The position numbers and the translations under genes are program-made. A stretch of DNA of 32,000 nucleotides from Acutalibacteraceae bacterium. GTDB taxonomy: Bacteria > Bacillota > Clostridia > Oscillospirales > Acutalibacteraceae. Below, one piece after another: positions 30,507-32,000 of the stretch (positions are counted from its first letter, which is position 1; the number at the start of each line of letters is the position of its first letter). The stretch covers positions 1 through 32,000 of the forward strand of contig JAZSNH010000086.1 of assembly GCA_045536305.1 (NCBI GenBank), in the 5' to 3' direction. The notes beneath the pieces are model-generated. The model did not search any database, was not told the origin of the DNA, and worked only from the letters and a program-made list of their open reading frames with translations.

Positions 30507-32000
30507 CTATTTGTCGGAAAGTGCGTACTTAATACTGAAGAGCTGATAATTGTTGTTAAAGTCGTCCTGTGATCCGTCCTTAAGATTATCGAGATATTCG
30601 TGCATGCCAAGACGATCGTGTGCGATCTCCAGCATACATGCAGCAATATTGGAGCAGTGATCTGCCACGCGCTCAAGGTTGACAACAAGATCGGAATATA
30701 CGAAGCCGAGCTCGATGGTGCAGTCATTTTTCTGCAGTCTGAGAGTGTGTCTGCGGCGCATTTCCTTTTTAAGATTATCGATTACCTCTTCAAGAGGCTC
30801 TACCAATGCGGCTGAATCAAGATTGCCTTCATCAAAGGAAATCAGTGCAAGATCAAGGATCTCGGTAACAGCATTGAGGAGAATGTTGAGCTCCTGCTTT
30901 GCCTCAGCTGAGAAGGCAAGCTTTTTGTCGTGGATCTCCTCTGCGGATTCGACAATGTTGACAGCATGATCGGAAATACGCTCAAAATCTCCGATAAGGT
31001 GGAGCAGCTTGGTGGCTTCTTCGCTGTCTTTTTCGTTCATTCGCTGACTGCTCAGCTTTACAAGGTAGGAACCGAGCATGTCCTCATAACGGTCAACCTC
31101 AGATTCCTGCTCTCTGATAAGCTCGCAGGTTTTCTCATTATATTCGGTGAGAAGCGAGAAGGATGTTTTAAGAGAATCAACAGCCACCTTTGCCATGGAT
31201 GCTGTGACAACGCGGCAGCGCTCAACAGCAACAGAAGGTGTGGCGAGAAGTCTTTCGTCAAGAAGCTCAAATTCCTTGCCCTTCTTCTTGTCGGGAACAA
31301 GAAAACATGCTAACTTTGTAAGCTGCTTAGAGAAGGGAGTGATGATGAGCAGTGCAAGGATTTTAAAGCCTGTGTGTACGACAGCGATGCCGAGAGGAGA
31401 GGCTTTATCGGCAAGAATGGGCAGGGAATCACCGACAAAGTAGATAACGAGATAGAATATCGGAAGAAGAATAAGAGTTGCAATAACGTTGAAAAGAAGG
31501 TGAATGGTGGAAGCGCGCTTTGCGTTGGGTGTAGCACCGATCGAAGATATAGCCGCACTTACACAGGTACCTATATTCTGACCCATGATAATGGGGATCG
31601 CAGCATAGTAAGGGACAAGTCCGGCGTTGGCAAGAGCCTGAAGAATACCGACAGATGCAGAAGAAGACTGGAGCACTGCGGTGACAATGGTGCCGACAAG
31701 AACTCCGAGAATGGGGGTATCGCCGAAAGCGGTAAAAACATTTCTGAATGCTTCGTTTTCCTCAAGACCGGAAACAGAGCCCGACATGGTTTCCATACCG
31801 AACATAAGAACAGCAAAGCCGAGAAGCACCATGCCCGTGTCCTTTGTCTTTATCTTCTTCATGAACATAAACATAACAATGCCTATGAACGCAAGAACAG
31901 GTACAAAGGTAGACGGCTTGCAAAGCTGCAGCCAGATGGGAGCTTCCTCTCCAATACCTGTAAGACTTAAGATCCACGCTGTAATGGAGGTTCCGAGATT
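30507..32000 (-). CDS. Na+/phosphate cotransporter family protein with C-terminal PhoU-like domains (5-prime end outside the window)
   Basis: The frame stays open past the listed Met to the window edge (...NLGTSITAWILSLTGIGEEAPIWL...). A second NIGT motif (GQNIGTCVSA) is present. PhoU-type repeats occur in the C-terminus (ERISDHAVNIVE, LERVADHCSNIA). Confidence 0.88.
   Translation of the reverse strand, partial: NLGTSITAWILSLTGIGEEAPIWLQLCKPSTFVPVLAFIGIVMFMFMKKIKTKDTGMVLLGFAVLMFGMETMSGSVSGLEENEAFRNVFTAFGDTPILGVLVGTIVTAVLQSSSASVGILQALANAGLVPYYAAIPIIMGQNIGTCVSAAISSIGATPNAKRASTIHLLFNVIATLILLPIFYLVIYFVGDSLPILADKASPLGIAVVHTGFKILALLIITPFSKQLTKLACFLVPDKKKGKEFELLDERLLATPSVAVERCRVVTASMAKVAVDSLKTSFSLLTEYNEKTCELIREQESEVDRYEDMLGSYLVKLSSQRMNEKDSEEATKLLHLIGDFERISDHAVNIVESAEEIHDKKLAFSAEAKQELNILLNAVTEILDLALISFDEGNLDSAALVEPLEEVIDNLKKEMRRRHTLRLQKNDCTIELGFVYSDLVVNLERVADHCSNIAACMLEIAHDRLGMHEYLDNLKDGSQDDFNNNYQLFSIKYALSDK

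Noticed and set aside
1-32000. Mobile-element or genomic-island boundaries around the RyR cassette or elsewhere.
   Set aside because: I found no transposase, integrase or recombinase genes, no tRNA attachment site, and no flanking direct or inverted repeats around 9940-10001 versus 12818-12990. Island status cannot be claimed from this window. Compositional deviation was judged only by eye.

Overview
This is a 32-kb chromosomal segment that looks like a moderate-GC Clostridia-type anaerobe. The taxon is inferred from GGAGG Shine-Dalgarno sites, long perfect-hairpin terminators and anaerobe redox gene content. I call 26 protein-coding genes and see no rRNA, tRNA, CRISPR array, transposase or integrase. 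Housekeeping and accessory-metabolic blocks are: (1) a single-gene MsbA-like ABC exporter, membrane proteins, a polysaccharide deacetylase and a GNAT (1-5.3 kb). (2) A three-gene NuoE/NuoF/GltD-like flavin-based electron-bifurcating NAD(P)/ferredoxin oxidoreductase operon, Stn/Bfu-type with no hydrogenase module (5.4-9.7 kb). (3) A GH13 alpha-glucosidase with a GPH sugar symporter, a beta-helix protein and a MATE exporter (13-18.8 kb). (4) An orphan 498-aa HTH regulator (19-20.5 kb). (5) The glycolytic operon pgk-tpiA-gpmI (20.6-24.2 kb). (6) A membrane-anchored internalin-like LRR protein with a Tyr-rich repeat stalk (24.5-26.1 kb). (7) An ECF sigma/anti-sigma pair, a membrane-tethered HTH protein and a DUF5662-like protein (26.3-29.1 kb). 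(8) A PhoR-like histidine kinase and a Na/Pi-cotransporter-PhoU fusion that runs off the window end (29.2-32 kb). The stand-out is a self-contained two-gene cassette at 10002-12876 on the minus strand. It encodes an 834-aa protein (RyR domain, Rossmann-like domain, hyper-basic coiled coil, two 2TM hairpins) followed 23 nt later by a 95-aa stand-alone RyR-domain paralog. I cannot match this architecture to any described system. I propose it as a candidate ligand-gated membrane effector or signalling (possibly defence) module. All domain calls come from reading motifs by eye, and no database search was possible.
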